Positions 27,481 through 64,000 of a DNA stretch of 64,000 nt are shown piece by piece. The stretch is from the human T2T-CHM13v2.0 reference genome, Homo sapiens. Both the position numbers and the translations under genes were made by a program. The stretch lies in NCBI RefSeq assembly GCF_009914755.1, contig NC_060926.1. One strand, written 5' to 3'. The stretch's first letter is position 1; the number at the start of each line of letters is the position of its first letter. The notes beneath the pieces are model-generated. The model was not told the DNA's origin, made no database searches, and saw only the letters and a list, made by a program, of their open reading frames with translations.

Positions 27481-28329
27481 TGACCTTGAGTGAGCTGCTC
27501 CTCATCTCACTCCTCACCTTCCATCTTCTAATCTGCAAAATGTGTGTCTAGTAAGTCCTAGTCATGGGGTGTTGTGAAAATTGAATTTCTAGTAGGAGCA
27601 TTTTCATGTGACCTGCACATTTAATGGGTGGTGATTTAACCCATTTCCCTCAGGGGGGAATTGGTGACCTCATTAACTCAGATATACAGAAGGTGAGATT
27701 TTTAATGTTTAGATGTAACCAAGGAAAAAGAAAAACCATTTAAAACCAAAACTGACCCTAGTAACTTCTGCCTTCCAGCATGAACTATTCACAAAATTCA
27801 AGGTACAAATCTTTAATTGTCCTGTCTAAATAGGAAAGCCAGTTTGTTCTCACACCTGTCAGGTGAGCAGGAAATCTGAGACTTCCCCAGGAATAGCCCA
27901 TCAACTCAGGGAGGGTCCGTCTTGTGCACAGAGAGTCTAGGGCCCTCAGCCACAGTCTTTGCTTCTCTCTGCCTCATGGTGGCGCTGCTGGCAGCAGGTC
28001 TTGGTTCAACCACCAGGTGAGTCCTCAGTTCTATTAGGCCCTGCTCAAGTGGCTGTGGACTTCCAGAGAAGACAACCCCAAAATGTCACACAAAACCGGG
28101 GGGGTGCCTCCTGCACAGGCTCCCAGGGTCACCACAGTTTCCACCAGAGGCACCCACTCCCCCAGCACGGTGGTGCTGTCAGGACTGGTCCACTCTGACT
28201 GACATAGAACTCCATCTTCTGTCCCCAGGAAGCCATGCTCACAGGCACAGCTTTCCGGGAAGCCAGAGAGTGTTCCTTACTCTCTCCAGACCAACAGGGC
28301 TACCCTCTCTCTTTCAATGGACAGTGAAT

Positions 28330-29040
<711 letters not shown>

Positions 29041-29490
29041 CTCTACCAGCCATTATAACAGAGGGTGGCAAAGGAGAAGTAGTGTTAGACAATTCTACAG
29101 ATGATTTTCTCTGAATGGGTCCTGTCCCTGCACACGTAACCCCTGCAAGAAACTTCCATTCCTCATTGATGATTTACCCTTCGGAGAACACCAAGAAGGC
29201 TTCTAGGCCATCTCTCCCAGAGCAGAGAAAGGGAGAAAACAGGAGGGTGGAGGGTAGGGGATGCAGGGACAGGTGGTCCACTGTTTGGCAGTGCTTCCTG
29301 ATCATGGAGGCCATTGAATTTGGTAAAATGTGGGCATGGAGGAGAGTAAAGAGGTGGAGAGAAACTGGTCTGCAAAAGAGGATAAGAAAACTGCATCTAG
29401 GGGGACCAGAGGGCAAAATGGAAAGGCAAGGCTCTCAGAAGTGAGAAGGAAACGAGGGCTTTGTAAATTCCAGGAAAAGTGGGCCACACA

Positions 29491-29792
29491 GAGAGAAGCT
29501 CAGTGGGGGGGATGCCCAGGGAGGGGGAAGCTCAGGAAGGGGGAAGCTCAGGGAGGAGGAAGCTCAGAGAGGAGGAAGCTCAGGGAAAGGGAAGCCCAGT
29601 GAGGGGGAAGCTTAGGGAGGGAGAAGCTCAGGGAGGGGGAAGCTCTGGGAGGAGGAAGCTCAGGGAAAGGGAAGCCCAGTGAGGGGGAAGGTCAGCGAGG
29701 GGGAAGTTCAGGGAGAGGGATGCTGAGTGAGGGGGATGCCGAGTGAGGGGGAGGCCGAGTGAGGGGGATGCCCAGTGAGGGGGATGCCCAGT
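29491..29792 (+). repeat. 16-bp purine/G-rich minisatellite (about 19 copies, consensus GGGGGAAGCTCAGGGA)
   Basis: Tandem units are visible directly, drifting to GGGGGATGCCCAGTGA at the 3' end. Confidence 0.85.
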
Positions 29793-30050
29793 GGCAGGCC
29801 AAGATGGGTGGATCACTTGAGTTCAGGAGTTCCAAGACTGGCCTGGCCAACATGGTGAAACCCCGTCTCTACTAAAAATACAAAAAAGAAAAAAGAAGAA
29901 GAAGAAGAAAAATTAGCCAGGCGTGTTGGCGCATGCCAGTAGTCCCAGCTACTCAGAAGGCTGAAGTAGAAGAATCAAGGTGGAGGTTGTAGTGAGCCAA
30001 GATCGCACCACTGCACTCCAGCAAAAAACAAACAAACAAACAAACACAAA
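29793..30050 (+). mobile_element. 5'-truncated, internally deleted Alu abutting the minisatellite
   Basis: Begins at aggccaagatgggtggatcacttgag; (GAA)n linker and (AAAC)n tail. Confidence 0.8.
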
Positions 30051-30184
30051 AACCCTCACATGCCTACCCAACAGCCTTCACACCCACCCAAATCCTGACT
30101 CCCTGGAGGGAGTAGGAGGCAGTCCACCTCAGCCCTCTCTGGAGCCGCTGTCAGGTTCCTCGGCGACCTGCCTTCCCTACCACA

Positions 30185-30450
30185 CCCAGCTGGCCCTGGC
30201 TGTCCTTGCCCCCCATGTGGAACATGGAGGTGAGGCTGGGACAACTGAGCCCGAGTTGGGGCTGGAAGGTGGATGTCTCTTTTGGGGCAGACGGGGCCCC
30301 TGTCTCCCCTCTCCAGCCCAGGTAACCTGAGCCCAGCATTGTGTCCATCCTGGAACAGCTGACAACGCTGTGGTCAGACAGCTGGTGGGGCTGGGCCAGG
30401 CTGGCCGGGCTGGCTGGGCTGGCTGGGGTGGGAGTGTAGGCTGTTATATG
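30185..30450 (+). promoter_or_regulatory. CHRNG promoter with clustered myogenic E-boxes
   Basis: CAGCTG at 30187, 30356 and 30379, CAACTG at 30242, and a TATA-like TTATAT at 30444, all directly upstream of the ATG. Confidence 0.65.
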
Positions 30451-30529
30451 ACACCCAGAGCCCATCTCTCTCTGCCCCAGACCTTGGAGCTGTTGTCCCA
30501 CCCCTGTCACTGCAGAGAGCTGAGGCACC

Positions 30530-36500
<5,971 letters not shown>

Positions 36501-37090
36501 GCCAACCAACCACTGTGGGGCATGTGGGAGTCACACACGTGGGTCACACTGAGTCTTATCAGCCACGTTCTCCTACTGAGGTCCTAAGTGTGCTCTTTGG
36601 GAAGTGCCCTTCAGGACTGTGTGAGCCAAACAGCCCTGAGAAAAGCTGGGGAAACAGTCTGAGCTGGAGTCCGAGAGTGGTTGGGGGTGGGCCGTGGCTA
36701 GTGTCCTGCTGCAGTCAGCACACACGTGGGATTGGCTAGCTCATCCTGGCACCAGCCACCCCTCCACTCAGTGCACTCCCCTCACTTAGGCAAAGCATTA
36801 TTCATTCCCATCAGTCTGAAGCCCGAAGGACTGTTTTGTATAATACCTTCGGACTTGGGACTGGCTCCCCTTTTACAAGTTCTCCCTGAAAGAGGGCAGT
36901 CACAAGAGGTGTGAAGAGTAGCAGCCGATGCTCTCTCCAAAGCAGGGCAGCAGCCCATACCAGCTGGCATCTCCCCCCCGTGCCTTCTGGGTACAGTAAG
37001 CACCCAATTCTCAACAGCCCCAGTGGCCTTTCCATTCATGTGCATTTTTCTGCCACTGACCACAAGATGATTTCCTGAGTTTTGTAATCC

Positions 37091-37412
<322 letters not shown>

Positions 37413-37908
37413 CTCCTTTTTAATTAAGAGCTCCTCACAGCAGTATGGCTAAGCAAGAGTCATTATTCCCCATGTTATATAGGCAAATTGAGCCTAGAGT
37501 AAGCGGGACTCCACACAACAGTGGTGGTTAAACAAGGTTTGAAGTCCAGAATTCCTGACTCTGACCCAATCTGACACTCTAAGATTCTACGGCCTGAAGA
37601 ACAGGCCCTTCTTCCCAAAGGATGGTTAAGACAAGGAAGAGCTAGGCAAGAGGAGGTGTGGAGTTAACAGAGAGCCACTGAGCTCTTCATTCCAGGAGGA
37701 GACTTTGACTGGCCTCCCTTGACCCCACTAATCAGGTAGTAAGGCAATAAGCTGGGGTCTTCCTGGGGGAGAGGCAAGGTCCTGCTCTGAGATTACAGCC
37801 GGCACACGAGTTTGGCTGGTAACCAGGGGACACCCTTGGGCAAGTCACCTATGCTCCCTGAGGCTGTTCCCTCATCTGTAAATAAGGTGCAAAAAATAAT
37901 CCATTCCT

Positions 37909-38338
<430 letters not shown>

Positions 38339-38688
38339 TCAATCACCAGCAAGTTCGTATTATTTACTCCAGTGTGAGTCTGTGTCTGTGCATGCACAGT
38401 GTGTTTGAAGCAAGAGCAGAGTCAGAGCTATAGAGAACTAGAGGAGTTAGGGAGAGTGGGGGAGAACTTCAATCAGGGAGGGAATCTGATGACAGTGGGG
38501 CCATTTCCGGTTCCCACCAGCCCCTTACTAGTTGTGTATCTGGCACAAGTCTCTCAACCTCTCTGAAAGCCTCAGAGGGCAGAGGATTAGCTCCTTGTAC
38601 ACAATAAACACTCAAATGTTAACATTAGCTGCCATTACTATAAGTTACTGTCTCATGGGATCCATACAGCAACCTAAGGAGGTAGGTC

Positions 38689-41068
38689 GAGGCATACCTC
38701 AAAGACATTGCAGGTTCAGTTCCAGACCAACACAAGAAAGCAAGTCACATGAATGTTTTTGGTTTCCCAATGCATATAAAAGTTATGTTTACACTATACT
38801 GTAGACCAGCAAGAGTGCAATAGCATTGTCTAATAAAACAATATACATACCTAAATTTAAAAATACTTTATTGCTAAAAAATGCTGATTATCAGTCTGAG
38901 CCTTCGGTGAGTCGTACTCTTTTTGCTGGTGGAGGGTCTTGCCTCGAGGTTGATGGTTGCTGACTGGTCAGGGTGGTGGCTGCTGAAGGTTGGGGTGGCT
39001 GTGGCAATTTCCTAAAATAAGACATCGGTGAAGCTTTTCGCATGAGTTGACTCTTCCTTTCATGAAAGATTTCTCTGTAGCATGCGATGCTGTTTGATAG
39101 CATTTTGCCCACAGTAGAGCTTCTTTCAAAATTGGAGTCAATCCTCTCAAACCCTGCTGCTGCTTTATCAACTAAGTTTATGTAATATTCTAAATCCTTT
39201 GTTGTCATTTCAACAATGTTCACAGCATCTTCACCAGGTGTAGATTCCATCTCAAGAAACCACTTTCTTTGCGCATCCATAAGAAACAACTCCTCATCTG
39301 TTAAAGTTTTATCATGAGATTGCAGCAATTCAGTTACATCTTCAGGCTCTACTTCTAATTCTAGTTCTTTTGCTATTTCCACCACATCTGCACTTACTTC
39401 CTCCACTGAAGTCTTGAACCCCTCATAGTCATCAATGAGGGTGGGAATCAACTTCTTCCAAACTCCTGTTAATGTTGACAATTTGACCTCCTCCCATGAA
39501 TCACGAATGTTTTTAATGGCATCTAAAATGGTGAATCCTTTCCAGAAGGTTTTCAATTTGCTTTGCCCAGATCCATCAGAGACATCACTATCCATGGCAG
39601 CTAGAGCCTTATGAAATGTATTTCTCAAATAATAAGACTTGAAGGTCGAAATTACCCCTTGATCCATGGGCTGCAGAATGGATGTTGTGTTAGCAGGCAT
39701 GAAAATAACATTAATCTCCTCATATATCTCCATCAGAGCTCTTGGATGACTAGGGGCATTGTCAATGAGCAGTAATATTTTGAAAGGAATCTTCTTTTCT
39801 GAGCAGTAGGTCTCAACAGTGGGTTTAAAATATTCAGTAAACCATGCTGTAAACAGATGTGCTGTCATCCGGGCTTTGCTGTTCCATTTATATAGCACGG
39901 GTAGAGTAGATTTAGTATAATTCTTAAGGGCCCTAGGATTTTCAGAATGGTAAATAAGCATTGGCTTCAACTTAAAGTCACCAGCTGCATTAGCCCCTAA
40001 CAAGAGAGTCAGCCTGTCCTTTGAAGCTTTGAAGCCAGGCACTGACTTCTCCTCTCTAGCTATGAAAGTTCTAGATGGCATCTTCTTCCAATAGAAGGCT
40101 GTTTCATCTACATTGAAAATCTGTTGTTTAGTGTAGCCACCTTCGTCAATGATCTTAGCTAAAGCTTCTGGATAACTTGCTGCAGCTTCTACATCAGCAC
40201 TTGCTGCTTCACCTTGTGCTTTTATGTTATGGAAATGGCTTCTTTCCTTAAACCTCATGAACCAACCTCTGCTAGCTTCAAACTTTTCTTCTGCAGCTTC
40301 CACACCTCTCTCAGCTTTCATAGAGTTGAAGAGAGTTAGGGCTTTGTTCTGGATTAGGCTTTGGCTTAAGGGAATGTTGCGGCTGGTCTGATCTTCTATC
40401 CAGACCACTAAAACTTTCTCCATATCAGCAATAAGGCTGTTTCGCTTTCTTATCATTCGTGTGTTCATTGGAGTAGCACTTTTAACTTCCTTCAAGAACT
40501 TTTCCTTTGCATTTACAACTTGGCTAACTGTTTGCCGCAGGAGGCCTAGCCTTCGGCCTATCTCGGCTTTTGACATACCTTCCTCACTCAGTTTAATCAT
40601 TTCTAGTTTTTGATTTAAAGTGAGAGATGTGCGACTCTTCCTTTCACTTGAGCACTTAGAGGCCATTGCAGAGTCATTAATTCGCCTAATCTCAATATTG
40701 TTGTGTCTCAGGGAATAGGGAGGCCCAAGAAGAAGGAGAGAGATGGGGAACGGTCTGTGGGTGGAGCGGTCAGAACACACACAACATTAAGTTCTACGTC
40801 TTATAAAAGACGCTGTATGTGGCACCCCAAAACAATGACAATAGCAACATCAAAGATCACTGATCATAGATCACCATAACAGACACAGAAATCATGAAAA
40901 AGTTTGAAATATTTTGAGAATTACCAAAATGTAACACAGAGACACCAAGTGAGCACATGCTGTTGGAAAAATGGCGCTGATACAATTGCTGGACTCAGGG
41001 CTGCCACAAACCCTCCATTTGTTTTCAGAATGCCCTATCTGCGAAGCGTAATAAAACGAGGTATGCCA
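38689..41068 (-). mobile_element. Full-length Tigger1 DNA transposon (TcMar-Tigger) hosting TIGD1
   Basis: The left end on + reads gaGGCATACCTCaaagacattgcaggttcagttccagacc (38689). The right end on - reads tGGCATACCTCGTTTTATTaCGCTTCGC (41068). Both match the recalled Tigger1 termini (CAGGCATACCTC...). Span is about 2.38 kb. Confidence 0.9.
38891..40666 (-). CDS. TIGD1: Tigger transposable element-derived protein 1 (pogo/Tigger transposase-derived; N-terminal HTH/CENP-B-like DNA-binding region + DDD domain), 591 aa
   Basis: Uninterrupted ORF. The first in-frame ATG is at 40666 ([11 protein letters not shown]...); the ORF track's start at 40780 is a GTG. Motifs [38 protein letters not shown] and QPMDQG are typical of pogo-family transposases. 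Confidence 0.95.
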   Translation of the reverse strand: MASKCSSERKSRTSLTLNQKLEMIKLSEEGMSKAEIGRRLGLLRQTVSQVVNAKEKFLKEVKSATPMNTRMIRKRNSLIADMEKVLVVWIEDQTSRNIPLSQSLIQNKALTLFNSMKAERGVEAAEEKFEASRGWFMRFKERSHFHNIKAQGEAASADVEAAASYPEALAKIIDEGGYTKQQIFNVDETAFYWKKMPSRTFIAREEKSVPGFKASKDRLTLLLGANAAGDFKLKPMLIYHSENPRALKNYTKSTLPVLYKWNSKARMTAHLFTAWFTEYFKPTVETYCSEKKIPFKILLLIDNAPSHPRALMEIYEEINVIFMPANTTSILQPMDQGVISTFKSYYLRNTFHKALAAMDSDVSDGSGQSKLKTFWKGFTILDAIKNIRDSWEEVKLSTLTGVWKKLIPTLIDDYEGFKTSVEEVSADVVEIAKELELEVEPEDVTELLQSHDKTLTDEELFLMDAQRKWFLEMESTPGEDAVNIVEMTTKDLEYYINLVDKAAAGFERIDSNFERSSTVGKMLSNSIACYREIFHERKSQLMRKASPMSYFRKLPQPPQPSAATTLTSQQPSTSRQDPPPAKRVRLTEGSD

Positions 41069-41257
41069 TAGTACAGTGGCGCCGCGACCGACAAAGGAAA
41101 GCCTCCGGGAGGTCAAAAGAGATACCAGAGAGTGCGTCCCGCACTGGAGGAAGAGGAAGGTTTTTACCAAGCAGCGAGTCCAGAGCCCGCGCCGTCAACG
41201 ACGCGGTGCTGCCTTTTTTCCGAGCCGCTGCGGGAGGGGGCCAGGACACGCTCCCTT

Positions 41258-41357
41258 AGGAGAGCGGGCGGGTCACAAGGACCTGGACAGAGGCAGAACT
41301 GAGGCCAGCAGCCAGCTCCGCCGCTGAGTCCAGCCCTCTGCGCAGCCGCCCTGAGCT
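41258..41357 (-). ncRNA. MIR5001: microRNA 5001 precursor hairpin
   Basis: The reverse complement reads AGCUCAGGGCGGCUGCGCAGAGGGCUGGACUCAGCGGCGGAGCUGG...UUCUGCCUCUGUCCAGGUCCUUGUGACCCGCCCGCUCUCCU (100 nt), matching the recalled hsa-mir-5001. It lies in the presumed TIGD1 5' leader. Confidence 0.8.
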
Positions 41358-41508
41358 GGCGTCCCGAGATAGCCGCTTCCAAACCGGGCCTGCGCGCCGA
41401 CGTTCCGCTGCGCCCCGCGCAAAACCGGAAGTACCCGGGCCCAAGGCTGAGGGACCCGGTGGAGCGGAAGTCACTCCCTGAGGCAGTGGCGACAGCGGCG
41501 GCGAGAGG

Positions 41509-59786
<18,278 letters not shown>

Positions 59787-59960
59787 CCCTCTCCCTCTCT
59801 GGATGGCACCATCATTGAAGCTGGCGTCATCGGAGTCTCTTGTTCTGTTGGCGTGCTACCTGGAAGATCCTTCTGTCCTGGACAAGAGGAATTGGAAGAG
59901 CATTTTATGTTTTAAGAACAGGCTGACACGCAGCAGCTACAACAACAGCTGAGATCACTT

Positions 59961-59966
59961 AATAAA
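59961..59966 (+). terminator. EIF4E2 proximal polyadenylation signal
   Basis: AATAAA 175 nt after the exon-7 stop, with GT/T-rich sequence downstream. Confidence 0.75.
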
Positions 59967-61431
59967 TGGTGCTAAACTAGCTTGTCTCATGCTCTTGCTC
60001 TTTATGGTGCATCAAAGATGTGGCCTTTCGGACTGACTGTCACCATATTAAGGGATGGCACAGACTTTTCCATGGAGGGCCATCCGGGGAATGCAGCCTC
60101 ATTTCCATAAGCCCATTGTGTAGTGTCATGTGGTATTTTGTTCCAGGACTGCTGAGGCCTGACATAATAAGGTGACATCTAGCTTAGAAAATAAGACCCC
60201 ATTTTCTGGTACTTAAATTTGAGTTCCCATCTAGTCACACCGATGACCAGAACAGAGTGATTTCTGATATAGAATTCAGCTTGAAAGTCTGTTCAGGTTG
60301 GAAAGGGGGATCCTTGGCCTTTGCTTCGCTGACTTCCATTCGCCTTTACTTCAAAGAAATCTCTTGCTTGGAGGTAAATCCCTGCTTCTGTCTGTGTGGC
60401 TGTGTGTATATAGCTTCCTTGCTTTGTGCTAATGGGGTTTTCTCGCTGGTGCCAAAGCTGCCCAAGCCACAGCTCTTTTCCAGCCTTCTCCCTTCTGCTT
60501 TCCCTTTAGAGCCAGGTCATCTTCCTCTTTGAGTCAGCCCTGCTTGCAAGATCTCAGGGTTACAGCCCTTCCCTTTCTCCTGGGCCCGGTGTTACTGCAC
60601 ATCAGGATCTGGGGTAGGGGAAACGTCTTCATCCCGTGTGAGTTTGCTCTGTAGGATATCTGACCGTAGCACGTACGGACCCCTTGTGTGCTTTGTGGCT
60701 TTGGCTTGTATGTGCTGCAGCTTGGCCTTTAGGCCCCTAACCTGCATGTAGAGTTTCAGCAAGCCTCATGCTACTTTAGGTTTTCTTAGGAGCTACCACC
60801 AAAAACATAATAAACAATCATTTTTTTGCAAACACTGGGTCAGCCTGCCTGAGAGGATCTGTGAAAGTGTCTGTGGACTTAAGGTTGAGTTTTCCAGAGT
60901 GGCTGTTCCACTTTGGCAGTGATACCCTGTGCTTGTACCATCCTGACTTACCTCTGATCTCCATGTGGCCCAAGATCCTGCATAACACCTATTAGGATTA
61001 GCACTGTGGGCTCAGTATTCTAGGGGTGTTTGTGTCATTGCATCTTTGTTTATTACATATCCAAAATTGGTTGAAGTACCTATAAAATGAGAGATTTGCT
61101 GGAATATGGAAAGGCCCATTCTCTACGTTTTTAGTATTTGTCAAAGAATTACCTTCTCTGGCCCTTTCCCTCTTGCCTTCAAAAATTGTTACATACATTA
61201 ACTTTAATTTCGGCTGTATTGTAACTGCTCCAGGGGATAGGCTTGATGTCACCTCCCAGAGTAAGAGTTGATTAGAAGCACCAAACTGACCTTGAGACCC
61301 TTCTGATCCTTGTCAATATGAACAAAAGTCAGAACTATTTCTGCTTTCTTCTATTCCTTGTGGCTCTTCCATGGATATGACTTTGTTTGAGCCAAGGAAC
61401 AGCTGCTACTGAGACTTAAGAATTCCAAGGA

Positions 61432-61716
<285 letters not shown>

Positions 61717-63063
61717 GAATTCCAAGGAAAATGAAGGAAGAAGGAGCCAACATTTGTTTTCCTCCGAGTACTCTGGAGATAGGGCTGCTGGTGGTGAGGG
61801 GAGTTTTTTAAGAGTAGCTTAGATTTTTCAGTCAGGTGTTCCTGATTCCTGCTTGCTATTTTTGGCCCAGTTCCCAATGTCCTTCTTCAACCGTTGGGTT
61901 TTTCCAGCCTTTCCCCAGTCACACTGCTTGTGGCCTTTTCCTGCTGTTCCCCTCAGTGTGCTACAAGGCACTGCCTGCCGCACAGAGCAGGCGGGTGATG
62001 AGCTGCTGTGCTGCAGAGGGCTCCTGCTCTTGTTTATTGCTGACAGTTCATTCACCCCTAAGACGTGGACAACTTGTTAAACTGAGTTCTTGCTCAGGTC
62101 ATAGCTCCTTTTAATGAGGCCAACTTGTAGTCGAGTTTTCATAGATGTGGGTTCCCCATATTCTCTGCTTTGAGGAGAAATCTCATAATACAGTCAGAAT
62201 CGTGGGGCTACCAGGATAAAACTGGGCTCGGAGCCATATGAAACAGCAATGTCTTTTGTGAAGAAACTCCTCTTTGGATTAGTCCCACTGATTCCTTTTG
62301 TGCATCTAGCCTGGAATGGAAAAGGAAAACAGGCCAAATTCCCATAGTGGGCTACAGCACTGGGAAAGACTGGCCCGGCTTCTCTGCAGGAGTGGAGGGT
62401 GGGTGATTCTCTTTATTCCTTTATCTCAGAGAAGAGACAGGTCAAATTGTGGAGGCTTTCCCACATCTAGATATCATTGTATTTCAACACTGAACTTTTA
62501 TAGGCAAGGACCAACCCATTCCCTTCTCCTGGCATGGCTAAATCATAGTCCAGTAGCACCAGGTTACCCCAGCTTAATTGCTGGCCTGGCTTTGCATCTG
62601 TGATATGTACCACCGAACTGGTAGGCAAAGCGAAGAGAGCCCAGATTAGCAGGAGGCTGAGCCCCTCCCTAAGTATAGAGAGCAGTGAGCGCAAGGCTAT
62701 GAACCTTGCAGCCTTTGGGTAGAGGTAGGGGGAAGTGTAGAATTGCACAGGATTTGCTTTCTGGTACGTGAGATGGGCCAAGAGTGGTCTTAAAAGAGCT
62801 CTTTGTTCCTCTGTCTTTTGAATCTGTTCAGAATTCCTTGTTGCCTATATTAACCTCTAATTAATTTTTTCTGTTTTTAGAAACTCCAGTCATGACACTT
62901 CTTACATTTAACTTGTTCTTTCTTTACCTTTAAAAGAAGGAAGTTTTAATATTACCCAGTATGCCTGGAATGCCAGATGGAAAATAGCTAGACTATTCAC
63001 ACCTAGTTTTAGGTGGTAGATTTGCCTCTTGGCCGAGCTGTGGGCCTATGAGAATAAGAGTGA

Positions 63064-63429
<366 letters not shown>

Positions 63430-64000
63430 TGTGAGGAAATTTCTTAACCCAGGTTCTTCATGTTGAGGTTTAACATATAGTGAAGAGACTAATGAAGAAA
63501 CTGGGAGGGGAATGTAATACTGGAATGGAGTAGGAGGGAGCTGTGAAGTCCATATTTCTTCAGGTTCTTGACAGAGAGAACTGCTCGGTGTAGGCTAGTG
63601 TAAGGATGGCCCTTCCTGGAAATAAAAGGATAAATGACATGAAGCTTCAACACAGCCATGTAATTTCTTGTTGACACCTAAGTGGTTTAAAAAGGAATTT
63701 AAATCTCAGCATTACAGTGAGGGGTTTCCCTGGGTCATTGCCAAAGCATTGGATTTTGCTTTGCCCTTGTCTTCATTTGGAGTAAAGAGTCAAATTGCCT
63801 TCTGATGTCACTCAGGGATTCACAAAGCACATCACATCACCATCTTTCCAGAAAGAGCTCTGAAACAGGTGTCTTGCTGTGGACACTGAGTTTGGGAATT
63901 GACAAAGACTGGCACACTTGTTTGGCATTCTTACATTTTTCCTTAATTTAGTTAGCACATACACTAGGAGCTTTGTTAATAATTCTCTGAAGAAGCCATG

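Noticed and set aside
29491-29792. CRISPR-like appearance of the periodic repeat
   Set aside because: The units are contiguous with no unique spacers, the context is eukaryotic, and there are no cas genes.
40667-40780. 38-codon GTG-initiated N-terminal extension of TIGD1
   Set aside because: Non-ATG start from the ORF caller; the ATG at 40666 has good Kozak context and gives the expected 591 aa.

Overview
This is human (primate) genomic DNA matching the 2q37.1 locus, not prokaryotic sequence. I reconstructed four complete spliced plus-strand genes exon by exon, and each gives the expected protein length: PRSS56 (13 coding exons, 603 aa), CHRND (12 exons, 517 aa), CHRNG (12 exons, 517 aa) and EIF4E2 (7 exons, 245-aa isoform). 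The minus strand carries the single-ORF gene TIGD1 (591 aa) inside a full-length Tigger1 DNA transposon with both terminal inverted repeats, plus the MIR5001 hairpin in the TIGD1/EIF4E2 bidirectional CpG promoter. About 30 Alus and MaLR/MER21 LTR, L1, MIR and MER5A fragments fill the introns and intergenic DNA. The main second-look signals are: (1) a young L1 3'-transduction with a 15-bp target-site duplication in EIF4E2 intron 3; (2) an intact Tigger1 (TIRs plus DD32D transposase ORF) between CHRNG and the EIF4E2 promoter; (3) poly(A) signals apparently donated by transposons to CHRND, CHRNG and TIGD1; (4) a 16-bp G-rich minisatellite fused to an Alu upstream of CHRNG; (5) an Alu inserted into the CHRND exon-3 splice donor; (6) a GC-AG intron in CHRNG. 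Repeat boundaries are approximate and were called by eye. Gene names and variant identities come from recalled knowledge, not from a database search.
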